A DNA stretch of 64,000 nucleotides from Candidatus Hodarchaeota archaeon (GCA_048886685.1 JBHLKM010000007.1:111190-175189), one strand, 5' to 3'; positions 50,574-60,886 are shown, counted from the stretch's first letter. Made by a program: numbers and translations. Notes: generated by a model from the letters alone, not told the origin.

Positions 50574-51023
50574 ATGACTGAAACAGTTATGGAAAAGAAA
50601 GTTGAAGAAAAATGGGAACCAAAGATCATTGCGTTCTTATGTAACTGGTGCTCATACGCAGGCGCAGATCTAGCGGGAGTAAGTAGAATTCAATACCCCC
50701 CCAACATAAGAATCATTCGTGTGCCATGTAGTGGTAGGGTCAATCCCTATTTCATAGTAAAGAGCTTGACCGATGGGTGGGACGGTGTGGTGGTTTCAGG
50801 GTGTCATCCTGGTGATTGCCATTATATTAGCGGAAATTTAGTTGCGCGAAGGCGTTTTGCAATATTAAAAGAACTTTTAGAATTTTTTGGGATTGAACCC
50901 GGTAGGGTTAATTTTATGTGGGCTTCTGCTGCTGAAGGAGAGCGTTTTGCAGTGCTCATTAGGAAGGCAACCAAAATAGTTAAAGAATTAGGACCAAATA
51001 CAAAATTTCAAAAGGAGTGGTAA
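50574..51023 (+). CDS. mvhD: MvhD/FlxD [2Fe-2S] subunit
   Basis: FLCNWCSYAGAD, VPCSGR, GCHPGDCHY, WASAAEG. Confidence 0.92.
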   Translation: MTETVMEKKVEEKWEPKIIAFLCNWCSYAGADLAGVSRIQYPPNIRIIRVPCSGRVNPYFIVKSLTDGWDGVVVSGCHPGDCHYISGNLVARRRFAILKELLEFFGIEPGRVNFMWASAAEGERFAVLIRKATKIVKELGPNTKFQKEW

Positions 51024-51026
51024 GAA

Positions 51027-52037
51027 ATGGCTATCGAATCAGAAAATAAAGAAATTGAAGACTCAATAAGAGATACAGCGAAGAAATTACTCAGCGAAAA
51101 TCAAGTGGATGTCATAATCGGATATTCCCAGGGGACTATACCTTTAAGTTCCACCCCGATTATCATTAGGAAAGAAGAACAGGTTGACAAGTTGGTCTGG
51201 AATAATTTATGCTATATCAATTTAGCTAGATATTTAGCCCCATTAATGCCCCAACTTTGTGATTCAGAAGGTAAGCCCTTAAAGATCGGAATTGTTTCGA
51301 AAGGCTGTGTCGGAAGAGCAGTGAACCTGTTAGCTGCTGAGAAACAAATAAATATAGAAAACGTGAAAATGATAGGGATTAATTGTAATGGTAATGTGAA
51401 TAGAAGTAGAATTGATCTTGAAATAGGTGAAAAAGAGATTCTCGATGTGTCTATAGCTGGCGATGATATTATTGTGAAGGGCAAAGATTGGGAGCAAAAA
51501 TTTCCATATTCAGAATACATTAATGAATTATGTAAGGTGTGTCAAGTGAAATCCCCTTCGGCTACTGAAGCAACATGTTTAGGAGAATGTCAGGAGTTGG
51601 AATCCATACACGATGAGTTTGCCGATATTGATGAATTTGAAGCAAAATCTGCTCAAGAGAAATGGGATTATATTAAGAAAGAGTTAGAAGTTTGTACTTT
51701 ATGTTATTCATGCCGTCAAGCTTGTCCCGTTTGTTATTGTAATCTCTGTTTCGTTGATCAAAATTTACCCATATGGTTTAACAAAACTACTCAATATACT
51801 GATATACTCACATTTCATTTGATCCGTGCCCAACATTTAGCAGGAAGATGCGTAGCATGTGGAGCATGCTCATCAGTATGTCCGGTCGGTATTGACTTGA
51901 ATTTTATCACGAGAAAATTGGAGAAAATTGTGAAAACCAGGTTTGATTATACATCGGGTCTGAATGCAGAAACTCTTCCTCCTATGATGGATTTCAAAAT
52001 GGAAGATGCACAAGAATTTATGTTGGAGGAAGATTAA
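51027..52037 (+). CDS. FlxC-like 4Fe-4S protein
   Basis: CTLCYSCRQACPVCYC..C, HLAGRCVACGACSSVCP; position after mvhD. Confidence 0.8.
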   Translation: MAIESENKEIEDSIRDTAKKLLSENQVDVIIGYSQGTIPLSSTPIIIRKEEQVDKLVWNNLCYINLARYLAPLMPQLCDSEGKPLKIGIVSKGCVGRAVNLLAAEKQINIENVKMIGINCNGNVNRSRIDLEIGEKEILDVSIAGDDIIVKGKDWEQKFPYSEYINELCKVCQVKSPSATEATCLGECQELESIHDEFADIDEFEAKSAQEKWDYIKKELEVCTLCYSCRQACPVCYCNLCFVDQNLPIWFNKTTQYTDILTFHLIRAQHLAGRCVACGACSSVCPVGIDLNFITRKLEKIVKTRFDYTSGLNAETLPPMMDFKMEDAQEFMLEED

Positions 52038-52053
52038 AGAGGTGAACTAAAAA

Positions 52054-53118
52054 ATGGAAGAAAAAGTATTAAAGAAGGAAGATATTGGAAAACTTTATAA
52101 TGAATTTGCAAGTGAGTATAAATTCTATGCTCCGATTAAACAAAAAGGGAATATAGTGTTCGAAAGGATCGAAAATCCTGATGATATTGTGCTTGATTAC
52201 TTAAATTCTAGGATTCCCCCAAAATCAATATTGTTTCCTCAAATGGAAGTATTATTTGAATATAAGTTAGATGATAAAGATGTTGAAATCAATGATAGAC
52301 AAGATTTAGATGAAAAATTCATGATCTTTGGAATCCGACCGTGTGATGCGTATAGTTATGTGTTATTTGCTAATTTCTTTTCATTTCATGGGAACTGGAA
52401 AGATGAGATCTATTTAAAGAAGAAGGAAAATACAACCCTTATCGGAATAGGGTGTAATACTCCAAAAACTACATGTTTTTGTACATCTGTAAATGGAAAT
52501 CCCTTTAATAAAGAAAACATGGATGTGTTTTTAACAGATTTAGGGGAAACTTATTTAGTAGAAGCTATTAGTGATAAGGGGAAGGAAATTGTTAAAAAAC
52601 TTTCATGGCTCTCTGATGCCACTGATAAGGATGTGAAAAAATCTCAAGAATTAGCCAAGATAGCAGAAGAATCATTCGTTACGAAGATAGATGTTGACAC
52701 AATCGTGAAAAACTTAGAAACTTCTTTTGAACATCCTGTATGGGATGAGATTAGCGAAGTATGTATTGGTTGTGGTTCCTGTAGTTATCTATGTCCAACA
52801 TGTACTTGTTTTGATGTTATTGATGAGACAGATCAATACAATAATAAAGGAAGGAGAATTAGAATCTGGGATACTTGTCAATCGTGTCTATATACCCTTG
52901 AGACGAGTGGACACAACCCTCGTGATACAAAAATCCAACGGTGTCGTAATAGAATTATGCATAAATTTAGTTATTATCCCGCAAATTATGAGTTACTTGG
53001 TTGTGTTGGATGTGGGAGGTGTATTATGGTGTGTCCTGCAAATAACGATCTTCGAGATCATTTAGCAAAAATTGAAAAAATAGAAAAAGAGAAGGAGGAG
53101 GAGAAAGCAGTTGTCTAA
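52054..53118 (+). CDS. FlxB/AsrA-like 4Fe-4S protein
   Basis: PPKS..FP, GIRPCD, CFCTS, CIGCGSC...CPTCTCF, R...WDTC, HKF, CVGCGRC...CP. Confidence 0.85.
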   Translation: MEEKVLKKEDIGKLYNEFASEYKFYAPIKQKGNIVFERIENPDDIVLDYLNSRIPPKSILFPQMEVLFEYKLDDKDVEINDRQDLDEKFMIFGIRPCDAYSYVLFANFFSFHGNWKDEIYLKKKENTTLIGIGCNTPKTTCFCTSVNGNPFNKENMDVFLTDLGETYLVEAISDKGKEIVKKLSWLSDATDKDVKKSQELAKIAEESFVTKIDVDTIVKNLETSFEHPVWDEISEVCIGCGSCSYLCPTCTCFDVIDETDQYNNKGRRIRIWDTCQSCLYTLETSGHNPRDTKIQRCRNRIMHKFSYYPANYELLGCVGCGRCIMVCPANNDLRDHLAKIEKIEKEKEEEKAVV

Positions 53119-53950
53119 TCCGTATATTCCTTATTTAACAAGAGTTAAGTCGATAGTTACTGAAAATAAAGTCAATGATATAAAAACTATCGAATTAGAA
53201 TTTAAAAATGAAGAAGAATACAAAAAATTCGATTATATTCCGGGTCAGTTCGCTGAAATTAGCATAATTGGAAAGGGAGAATGTCCTATTGGAATTGCTT
53301 CCTCACCAACTGAAGAAGGAACAATCAAATTCACTATTAAAAGGATGGGAACGGTAACTTCAGCGTTCCATGCCAGTGAGGTAGGAGATATTGTTGGCGT
53401 AAGAGGTCCTTGTGGAAACGGTTGGCCAGTTGAGGAGATGAAAGGAAAGAATATCGTGGTAATTGGCGGAGGTTTTGCATTCTCAACATTGCGATCACTA
53501 GTATTATATTTACTCGATGAGAAAAATAGAAAAGATTATGGAGATATTACAGTAATCTACGGAAACCGGGATCCTGGAGAAGTCTTATATAGAGATGTAT
53601 TGGATGAGTGGAAAAAACGAAACGATATTAAAGTAGTGTTAACAATTGATCGAGAAGCGGAAGGGTGGACTGAAGAAGTAGGATTTGTTGCTCCTATTGT
53701 CAAAAAAGTTGCTCCAAGTTCAGATAATGCTATTTCAGTGATTTGTGGACCACCAATAATGATTAAAACAACGATTGCAGTCATGGAAGAGCTGAATTGG
53801 AAGGATGAGCAGATTCTGAACAGTTTAGAAATGCGTATGAAATGCGGGATCGGAAAATGTGGAAGATGTAATATAGGGAATAAGTTCGTTTGCACTGATG
53901 GCCCTGTTTTTTCACTTGCAGAGCTGAAGAAAATGCCCAATGAATATTGA
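53111..53950 (+). CDS. FlxA/AsrB-like FAD/NAD(P)H-binding oxidoreductase with [2Fe-2S]
   Basis: PGQF, RGPCGNG, IGGG, CGPPIM, LEMRMKCGIGKCGRC, VCTDGPVF. Confidence 0.88.
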   Translation: MSNPYIPYLTRVKSIVTENKVNDIKTIELEFKNEEEYKKFDYIPGQFAEISIIGKGECPIGIASSPTEEGTIKFTIKRMGTVTSAFHASEVGDIVGVRGPCGNGWPVEEMKGKNIVVIGGGFAFSTLRSLVLYLLDEKNRKDYGDITVIYGNRDPGEVLYRDVLDEWKKRNDIKVVLTIDREAEGWTEEVGFVAPIVKKVAPSSDNAISVICGPPIMIKTTIAVMEELNWKDEQILNSLEMRMKCGIGKCGRCNIGNKFVCTDGPVFSLAELKKMPNEY

Positions 53951-53964
53951 AAACATTTAAGAAG

Positions 53965-53980
53965 TTTTTTTACTATTTTT
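53965..53980 (+). terminator. Probable archaeal oligo-T terminator of the hdr-flx operon
   Basis: T7 and T5 tracts starting 15 nt after the last stop, before a convergent gene. Confidence 0.35.
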
Positions 53981-54012
53981 CTTATTACTTTAACTTATTT
54001 AGTTCAGAAGTT

Positions 54013-54189
54013 CTATAGTTTTAAGTCTTTTTGCCATTTTCTTACTTTTTTGAAAGCTTCTTTCTGATTAAGTTCATTTAATGAATTCATAGCGCTTTGG
54101 AAATCTCCTTTTAGAATGTGGTTATCGTAAATTTCCAATACTTGGTTTTTTACTTCAAAGAGAAGATTAATTCTTTCATCATTATTCAT
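54013..54189 (-). CDS. Small hypothetical protein (58 aa, absent from ORF track)
   Basis: Hand translation MNNDERINLLFEVKNQVLEIYDNHILKGDFQSAMNSLNELNQKEAFKKVRKWQKDLKL*. Begins 30 nt after the CMD stop, with GGAG upstream. Confidence 0.5.
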   Translation of the reverse strand: MNNDERINLLFEVKNQVLEIYDNHILKGDFQSAMNSLNELNQKEAFKKVRKWQKDLKL

Positions 54190-54219
54190 TTTATCCGAAA
54201 ATTCTCCATAAGTTTGATA

Positions 54220-54861
54220 TTAAGTTTCGACTTGAACGCCAGTACTATTAAGGAACATAGCTAATTTTGTATAATGTCCTATTGTTAGAATCAATTCTAA
54301 AATTTGTTTCTCACTATATTTTTCTGAAAGCTTACTCCATGTATCATCACAAAGAAAATAGTTTTCATGGAGTTCATCTGTAGCACGTAATATTAAAGCA
54401 TCGTGAAGGTTCCAACCAGGTGCTTCCGGTCCCTCCAATATCTTTATTATCTCTTCAGCTGTGATTCCTGTTATCAGTCCTCTAAAAATGTGATGTATAC
54501 ACTCATAGTCTACTTGACATAACCATCCTGTTCTAATTATGCAAACTTCTCTCTCTCTTGGGGGAATTGAAGATTCGAATGGTTCTCGTAGCCAATGTGG
54601 AGCAACAAATGGAAATAGGTCAAGATATCGGTTACCTGTTTTGTTTACATTTAAATTTAGCGAATATAAAAAGAATAACTTTTCTTCATCGAGTTTGGAT
54701 ATGTCCATTTTAAAAAATTGAGATGGGTCAGATAAGCCGAAAAATTGCGCTACATTGGAGAGGAAATTGTTTTTCCTATTTTCATCCAAATCTTTGAATA
54801 CAGTTGGTTTTACTCTTGGCACTGAAAGTCGTTTTCTACGAGTGATTTCTTTTTCTAACAT
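54220..54861 (-). CDS. Carboxymuconolactone decarboxylase/AhpD-like protein
   Basis: PREREV.IIR...LCQ.DYE..HH......GIT.EEI, ATDEL, W..L...YSE.QILEL...IGHY. Confidence 0.82.
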   Translation of the reverse strand: MLEKEITRRKRLSVPRVKPTVFKDLDENRKNNFLSNVAQFFGLSDPSQFFKMDISKLDEEKLFFLYSLNLNVNKTGNRYLDLFPFVAPHWLREPFESSIPPREREVCIIRTGWLCQVDYECIHHIFRGLITGITAEEIIKILEGPEAPGWNLHDALILRATDELHENYFLCDDTWSKLSEKYSEKQILELILTIGHYTKLAMFLNSTGVQVET

Positions 54862-55360
54862 AATAAACTCACTTTATGGATCTCTCTTAAAATAAGTATT
54901 TGAAAATCTTATTTTAATCAGTCTTTATTAGTATATAATACTTTATTCTGATTTTTACATTAATGTAAGATTGTAATCCTAATTACTGTTTTTTATATAA
55001 CTTTATCATGTGAAATGCAACAAATTTATATATGAATTTGGAGTATATTAAATCTAAGACCTTGTTATAAACAAAATTTAGCTGGATTATGATTCAATAT
55101 CAATTGAATCAGGTTTTACCCTTAAATTCATAATCCATGCATTGCATAAGCTTTATATCAGGAATACTCAACCTTACACTCTGTTAAAATCGTTTAATCC
55201 ATCCTTATCGCATATTTTTCATTTTAATTTATAACATCTTATATCTCTGATGAATTGAATATAATAGCAGTTTTACTCCTTATCATTCACAGATTCATGA
55301 TCCTGATATAATGATTTATTAGAATAAAATAAAATCTTTTTTTCTCAGTAAAAAATCGAA

Positions 55361-55579
55361 TTGATTAAGAAAAAGTTGGTGAAAAGAATGGATATAAAAA
55401 GAGCCAAAGAACTAATAAAAGAATTAAGCAATTTGGCAGACCAAATTGATGAAGAAGAAATAAGTGTAATAAATAAGATAACTGAAAAACTTGAGATTGA
55501 AATAAAAACTAAGATCATGGCAATTCTAAATGAATTAGATATAAGACCTTTAGAAATAGGATTAAGGGATGAAATCTAA
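55361..55579 (+). CDS. Small helical hypothetical protein
   Basis: 72-aa ORF, amphipathic and charged. Start may be the internal ATG (MDIKR). Confidence 0.5.
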   Translation: MIKKKLVKRMDIKRAKELIKELSNLADQIDEEEISVINKITEKLEIEIKTKIMAILNELDIRPLEIGLRDEI

Positions 55580-55626
55580 TAAATGCCCATAAAATAGCCA
55601 AAGAAATCAGGAAGAGAGAATGAATA

Positions 55627-56958
55627 TTAAGAATTATTAAATATTTTTTTTTTTATAATTGCGTTTTCATATTTCTTTTGTTTTTCAAATGATTCTGCGA
55701 TATGTGGGAGTAATAGATATACAGCTGCTAAGTAAAAAGGAATTAAGGATAATTCAACGAAAATTGATATTATAAATGGAAATTGGGGACTAATAACGTC
55801 CCATACGAGCCCTCCCAAAAGTGGACCGATTACATTCCCTAAAAATGCAAAAAATTCTCCCACTCCAAAAATCTTCCCTCTATGTTCAGTGGAAATTCTA
55901 CTATATAAATTTTGGAATATTAAACCAGCAGACATTCCAATTGCTAAATCGAATAGTAAAAGAAATGAAAAAATCCAAACATTAGCAGCATTAATTAATA
56001 ACCATGTCATAAAAGCGCCTAATGAGCTAGTTAATGTTATACCTACTAAAGGATGTAATTTGTCAACTAAAGTTCCTAACCTAGGAGCAAATAAAGTTGC
56101 TAATAATCCTGTTGGTAGATATGCCCACACAACTAAATTGATGTTACCTTCTATATTTTCTATTACATAGATGTTTAAATACGGTCGGGCAATATTCCCG
56201 TTAATACTCCCTAAAAACAGAAGAAAAACCAAAAAGATGACGCCAATAATCATTGATGTAGAAGTAAAAATTTTATTTATACTAGAGGTATCATTTGAGA
56301 GATCATTTAGGCTATTGTCATTTAATGGGGAAAACTTAATTGTTTCATCAATTCGTTTATAGAAAAAAATACCTGCGATGAAATTTGAAACTCCATATAT
56401 TGTAATGGGACTAAAAATTATTAGAGGGTTATCAGTATATACACTTGCTGTCATCAAGAAGGTGAATCCAGATACTGCCCCAATAATTTGTCCTATTGCA
56501 TTTGCAGAATTTTTCTTACCAAACGCATGAGCTCGGTGATTCTTACTTGATTTCTCAGCAATATACATATTAAAAGGAACCCAAAAAATGCCTGCCATAT
56601 GCCCTAAAATGAAATATCCAATCCCTAAAAGTAAAATATGATTGGTAATAAATGAGGCATAGATAATGAAATAGGCAAATCCTCTGCCAAATGACCCCAA
56701 TAATACGAGCGAGGTTCTTGATTTCATACGATCTGCTAAAAATCCTATGTAAAACCCACTTATCATACGTCCTATAACGTTAGATACAACAAGTACTCCT
56801 ATTTGGAAAGCAGATGCCTCCATACTTTCTCGGGCAACTATAGGAATCCAAAATCCGATGAAAAAAAAGCCTAAACTATTTAAGATGACGATTTTTAACA
56901 TTTGATTGTAGTCGTAAGTATAGCGACTCTCATCTATCTTAAATATTCGAAGATTCAT
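55627..56958 (-). CDS. MFS transporter
   Basis: About 12 TM helices; motif A GFLADRMKSR and GTLVDKL; HRGKIFG; GPLLGG. Confidence 0.9.
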   Translation of the reverse strand: MNLRIFKIDESRYTYDYNQMLKIVILNSLGFFFIGFWIPIVARESMEASAFQIGVLVVSNVIGRMISGFYIGFLADRMKSRTSLVLLGSFGRGFAYFIIYASFITNHILLLGIGYFILGHMAGIFWVPFNMYIAEKSSKNHRAHAFGKKNSANAIGQIIGAVSGFTFLMTASVYTDNPLIIFSPITIYGVSNFIAGIFFYKRIDETIKFSPLNDNSLNDLSNDTSSINKIFTSTSMIIGVIFLVFLLFLGSINGNIARPYLNIYVIENIEGNINLVVWAYLPTGLLATLFAPRLGTLVDKLHPLVGITLTSSLGAFMTWLLINAANVWIFSFLLLFDLAIGMSAGLIFQNLYSRISTEHRGKIFGVGEFFAFLGNVIGPLLGGLVWDVISPQFPFIISIFVELSLIPFYLAAVYLLLPHIAESFEKQKKYENAIIKKKIFNNS

Positions 56959-57049
56959 TAAATTCTGAAATTATTGATTACATTAATGGTTTTTTAAAAG
57001 GAGTGTTTTACTTTTATGTAAAAACTGAGCTACGTGGAAAGGTAGACAG

Positions 57050-58030
57050 TTAAATTTCAAAAATATTACCTGTGTTATATATAGTGCCTTCTAATTCAAG
57101 CTGAATCTGCCCTCCAGATGCGATCTCCACCGCATAATTTATTCCTTCCAAAACTCGATTCATCATAAAATCATAAGCTGTAAAACAATCTTCAAGTGGG
57201 GTCATACTTTCACCTGCATAACAACGAGATATTACAGGTATCAGTTCTGGGATGAAGTCTTGACTTATCATCATCTCTTCAGCATCGATCATCACTTCCT
57301 GGGCAATCGTGAAAGGATTATGGACATCCATCTGAGCAAACATCATTCGACAAACAAAAATAGATGCCTTAATTTCCTTCATGATGAATTTTATTCTATT
57401 TTTATCATCTAAGAACTTCTTAAACGTTATAGCATTAATAATATCTTCATTAGTAATAGTATCAGATATTTCCATTAATTTACTTACCCTCTCTGACATT
57501 CTTTTTGAAGACAACATTAGTTTTAGATTCATTTTATTTTTTTTATAGTAATCTCTATAAAAAGCAGCAAGAAAATTATGAGATCCCATAGTGTCTTGGT
57601 CATCGGAGGAATCTAATTTGAATTTATTTTCTTTGAATTTATCCATAAAATGCTTAATTATCAAGAATTTCAATTTTAAACGATGTAAAGCAAAATAGAG
57701 ACACAACCTTGTTTTTGTGTAGGCTACGACATTACCCATTCGAAACCTATCATGATGATCACGTTCATACATGACAATAGGCTTTAATTTACTGACTATT
57801 ACGTCAATAAAATATTCAATGATGTGTTCAAGAGGCCCACATTCTATTACATGAAATTTTTCTATGAGTTTCAGGCTTGATGGTTGACTTTGGGGTAATT
57901 CTTTAATGTCATCATAATTATAATATTCGAGAAATAGAGATGTTAGCGCTTCCATTTCTAAAACTGTCCGACAAGGGATAAACACCTTGTTTAAATCATA
58001 TAAGATTGTACTGCTTTCTGGCATATTCAA
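57050..58030 (-). CDS. Hypothetical protein
   Basis: 326-aa ORF with normal composition; no motif recognised. Confidence 0.65.
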   Translation of the reverse strand: MNMPESSTILYDLNKVFIPCRTVLEMEALTSLFLEYYNYDDIKELPQSQPSSLKLIEKFHVIECGPLEHIIEYFIDVIVSKLKPIVMYERDHHDRFRMGNVVAYTKTRLCLYFALHRLKLKFLIIKHFMDKFKENKFKLDSSDDQDTMGSHNFLAAFYRDYYKKNKMNLKLMLSSKRMSERVSKLMEISDTITNEDIINAITFKKFLDDKNRIKFIMKEIKASIFVCRMMFAQMDVHNPFTIAQEVMIDAEEMMISQDFIPELIPVISRCYAGESMTPLEDCFTAYDFMMNRVLEGINYAVEIASGGQIQLELEGTIYNTGNIFEI

Positions 58031-58222
58031 AATTCCTTTCGAGTATTACTTTGAGTTAATTAGTAATAACGCTCTCATTTAATATTTTAGTTTTTCTTTA
58101 AGTTTTGCGATTGAGAGTTCATAATAATAAAGTGATTAAAAAATAGTATTTTTTGAAAAAGATTTATAAAATATTAAAATAATTCTGTTGTTATAGCGGA
58201 ATTTTGCATAATTAAAAAAAAA

Positions 58223-60619
58223 ATGATGATAAAGATGAAAAATCAAAAGATCTTAAAATTTGATTCTCCATTAGGAAAAAAGGAAGGCGACTCTTCAGGT
58301 TCACCTATTGGAGTCGTCAGAATGGATGTCAACAAATCATATGAGGGTATTGGTGAATTACTCCAGAAGTTTATTAATAATTCAGATATGGAAAGTTGGA
58401 ATCAAATAAAAGCAAAGATTGATTATACCTACGAGAACATTGATTATGCCTTGACCTCCTTAGAACAGGAAACATCTTTTAGTCTTCAGATTAAGAAAGG
58501 ATTAGAAAAAGGTCAGAAGCTTTTATTCAAACCTAATCTTGTTCTTCCAATGAGTATTGATCCTCAAACTCATGAACCTAGCCTTGGTAGTTTTGCTTGT
58601 ACAGAATGGGCATTCATTGCTTCCTTAATGAGATGGTTTCATGAAAAGATAGGTATAAGCTATTACCAGATGATGCTGGGTGAGGCTTCTACAGCACTCG
58701 CTGCCATAGCAAGTTTGTTTTCAAATATGAATGAGAGTAAGAAATCAATTACGCCTGAAGCTGTGATCGAAGGAAAATCGGGAGATTTTTATGGAGGTTG
58801 GGGATTTTATTTTGTTCGCAAATATCTAGCCGAATCCTTGAAAGAAGGTGATAATGAGGATCCTTTAAAGGGCTTCGAAGATAGTATTAACGGAAATTAT
58901 ATTCCGCCAGGATTGGTTTCTGACAAATTGATGGTATATGACTTAAACCGAATCTTTGATGATCCAAATAAGGGAAAGGAATGCAAAATACCAGATGGGG
59001 TTAATTATAAATCTATTACTCTACATAAGGTTATAGTTGGTGGAGATCCTGATGATCCAGAAGATTTAAAGGCTTATCCTGGATGTGTTTTGGTTAATGC
59101 TCCTAAATTTAAAGTTCATGCCATTACATTGTTTACAAATGTCATAAAAAACCTGGGAATAGGACTTTATCCAATGCAATATGCCAGTAAGGGTGATTAT
59201 AAATGGGATTATGCAGCACCTCATGATACTACCATAGTTGGGATGAAGGCAGGTATTCCCCATCAAGTTTGGGTACCTGATATGGACCATGAAACTGTCC
59301 TGCCCAAAAAAGACGCTGCTGGTAATTATGTTGTTAAAAAGACAGGTGGTATTGAAGCTACAATGATAGATATCATTAAAGCACCCTTCGAAAATGATAT
59401 TTTTATGATTCATGTTGTTGATGGTATTGAAGCAATTAATATAGATCACCAAGGTAGAGGGGAAAAATCCAGCGAAGGTATGGTATTTGCAGGTTTGGAT
59501 TGTGTTGCTACCGACGTATTATGTGCTCGTTATATGTTTTCTAATGTTCCAATTAAAAAGGCTTTTGAGGTTAAACTAGACGGGGGAACTGCGGGAGGTT
59601 TCCCCCAGAAAGTACCGATACCTACTTGGGATGGAGAAAATATAATAACAGATTCAGGATATGATTGTCCTCTAGCGCGGGATAATTGTTTTGACCGGGC
59701 TGTAAAGAGAGGGTTAGGACAAATGAACTACCATGTCAATGGTTATGATGCGATAACCGATTCACCAATAATATCTTTGAATGGGCATTTAGGCATGGTA
59801 TCAAATGGAACTTTTTCAGACTTAATAACAGCAACCCTTTTCTATGATACTTATAAGGTACTTTGGGATTTGCAAAAGACTTCCTTCCATTATTTATCAA
59901 CTGTGGATGACTTAGAGGGAACAAACATCAAAGATGAATTTCTCCAGAATTATGATGAGAATGGTGATGGTATAATCTCATATGAGGAATTTGGTAAAAG
60001 GGGAACTATAAGCGTGTATATCTATGCCATGGCTAATTATGTATCTACAATGGGGAGTGAAGATTTGGGTTATCTAAAAGGATACTTTAAATTGATATCT
60101 AGGATGTTTAAATACAGTGATAAGAGGTATAATGCAGGAAACGATGATGCTACAAAGGAACTTTTTCTCGCTTTTGTCTGCAGTGCTGCTTTAACAATAT
60201 CTGAGCTGAATATGGAAATGAAGGACATGTTTGTACCCAATATCAAATGTGGCAAAGGTAAATGGCCAAGTCTTCAATTTGCACATTTTTTTCTAACCAA
60301 TACTATGTTATATGGTCAGAGTTTTCCATTCTTGATCACATACCCTAGTCTTTATGGCAATGCTCTATTATATGCTGATCTAACTCAGAATGGAGGGGAA
60401 TATGCTGGAGATTTACGTACTCACCCCGATGAAAGAGCTATTAGTAGATATATATCTGATGTGACAAAAAGTAAGATTAATCCTTTAGATTTTGTTTTTT
60501 ATGTACCAGCAGGATTTAATTTATTAGCAGGTAAACCAATCCCAAATGTTGAAATAACCGATGATCCGGCAAAAATTTTCACTGTAAGCTTCCAAAATGG
60601 TACAGAAGTTTGGCCTTAA
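58223..60619 (+). CDS. DUF362-family protein with internal EF-hand loop
   Basis: LFKPNLV, NAPKFKVH...TNVIKNLGIG, VVDGIEA, D.VATD; canonical loop DENGDGIISYEE at 59954-59989. Confidence 0.7.
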   Translation: MMIKMKNQKILKFDSPLGKKEGDSSGSPIGVVRMDVNKSYEGIGELLQKFINNSDMESWNQIKAKIDYTYENIDYALTSLEQETSFSLQIKKGLEKGQKLLFKPNLVLPMSIDPQTHEPSLGSFACTEWAFIASLMRWFHEKIGISYYQMMLGEASTALAAIASLFSNMNESKKSITPEAVIEGKSGDFYGGWGFYFVRKYLAESLKEGDNEDPLKGFEDSINGNYIPPGLVSDKLMVYDLNRIFDDPNKGKECKIPDGVNYKSITLHKVIVGGDPDDPEDLKAYPGCVLVNAPKFKVHAITLFTNVIKNLGIGLYPMQYASKGDYKWDYAAPHDTTIVGMKAGIPHQVWVPDMDHETVLPKKDAAGNYVVKKTGGIEATMIDIIKAPFENDIFMIHVVDGIEAINIDHQGRGEKSSEGMVFAGLDCVATDVLCARYMFSNVPIKKAFEVKLDGGTAGGFPQKVPIPTWDGENIITDSGYDCPLARDNCFDRAVKRGLGQMNYHVNGYDAITDSPIISLNGHLGMVSNGTFSDLITATLFYDTYKVLWDLQKTSFHYLSTVDDLEGTNIKDEFLQNYDENGDGIISYEEFGKRGTISVYIYAMANYVSTMGSEDLGYLKGYFKLISRMFKYSDKRYNAGNDDATKELFLAFVCSAALTISELNMEMKDMFVPNIKCGKGKWPSLQFAHFFLTNTMLYGQSFPFLITYPSLYGNALLYADLTQNGGEYAGDLRTHPDERAISRYISDVTKSKINPLDFVFYVPAGFNLLAGKPIPNVEITDDPAKIFTVSFQNGTEVWP

Positions 60620-60886
60620 TTCATAATAAATAATTTCCATTTTTTTAAAACTATTTTTGACGTAAGAGTATGATTGCATTTCATATTCTTTTTTACGTTT
60701 TTCAATTGTTTTTCTTATCCATACTTTTTCCAAATAATTCTTATAAAGGGGGGCTCTTAAAACACTATATAATTAGGTCCATTCTTCTCGTTTTATTACA
60801 AGTCTTACTTTGAGATACTAAATCGATTTATCTAATTAAGGAGTATAAAAGGGGCTTATCCTTTTACTCGTCTACCATCTAACATT

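Noticed and set aside
43760-51023. Selenocysteine in HdrA or MvhD, which are known Lokiarchaeia selenoprotein families
   Set aside because: All ORFs are uninterrupted, and the relevant motifs (DCSIC, DCAMC, CNWC, GCH.GDCHY) use Cys codons.
60842-60869. Hairpin GAGTATAAAAGG-GGCTTAT-CCTTTTACTC just 3' of the TGA-containing gene as a possible SECIS
   Set aside because: On the coding strand I see no AUGA...GA kink-turn core. It is more likely a terminator-type hairpin between convergent genes.
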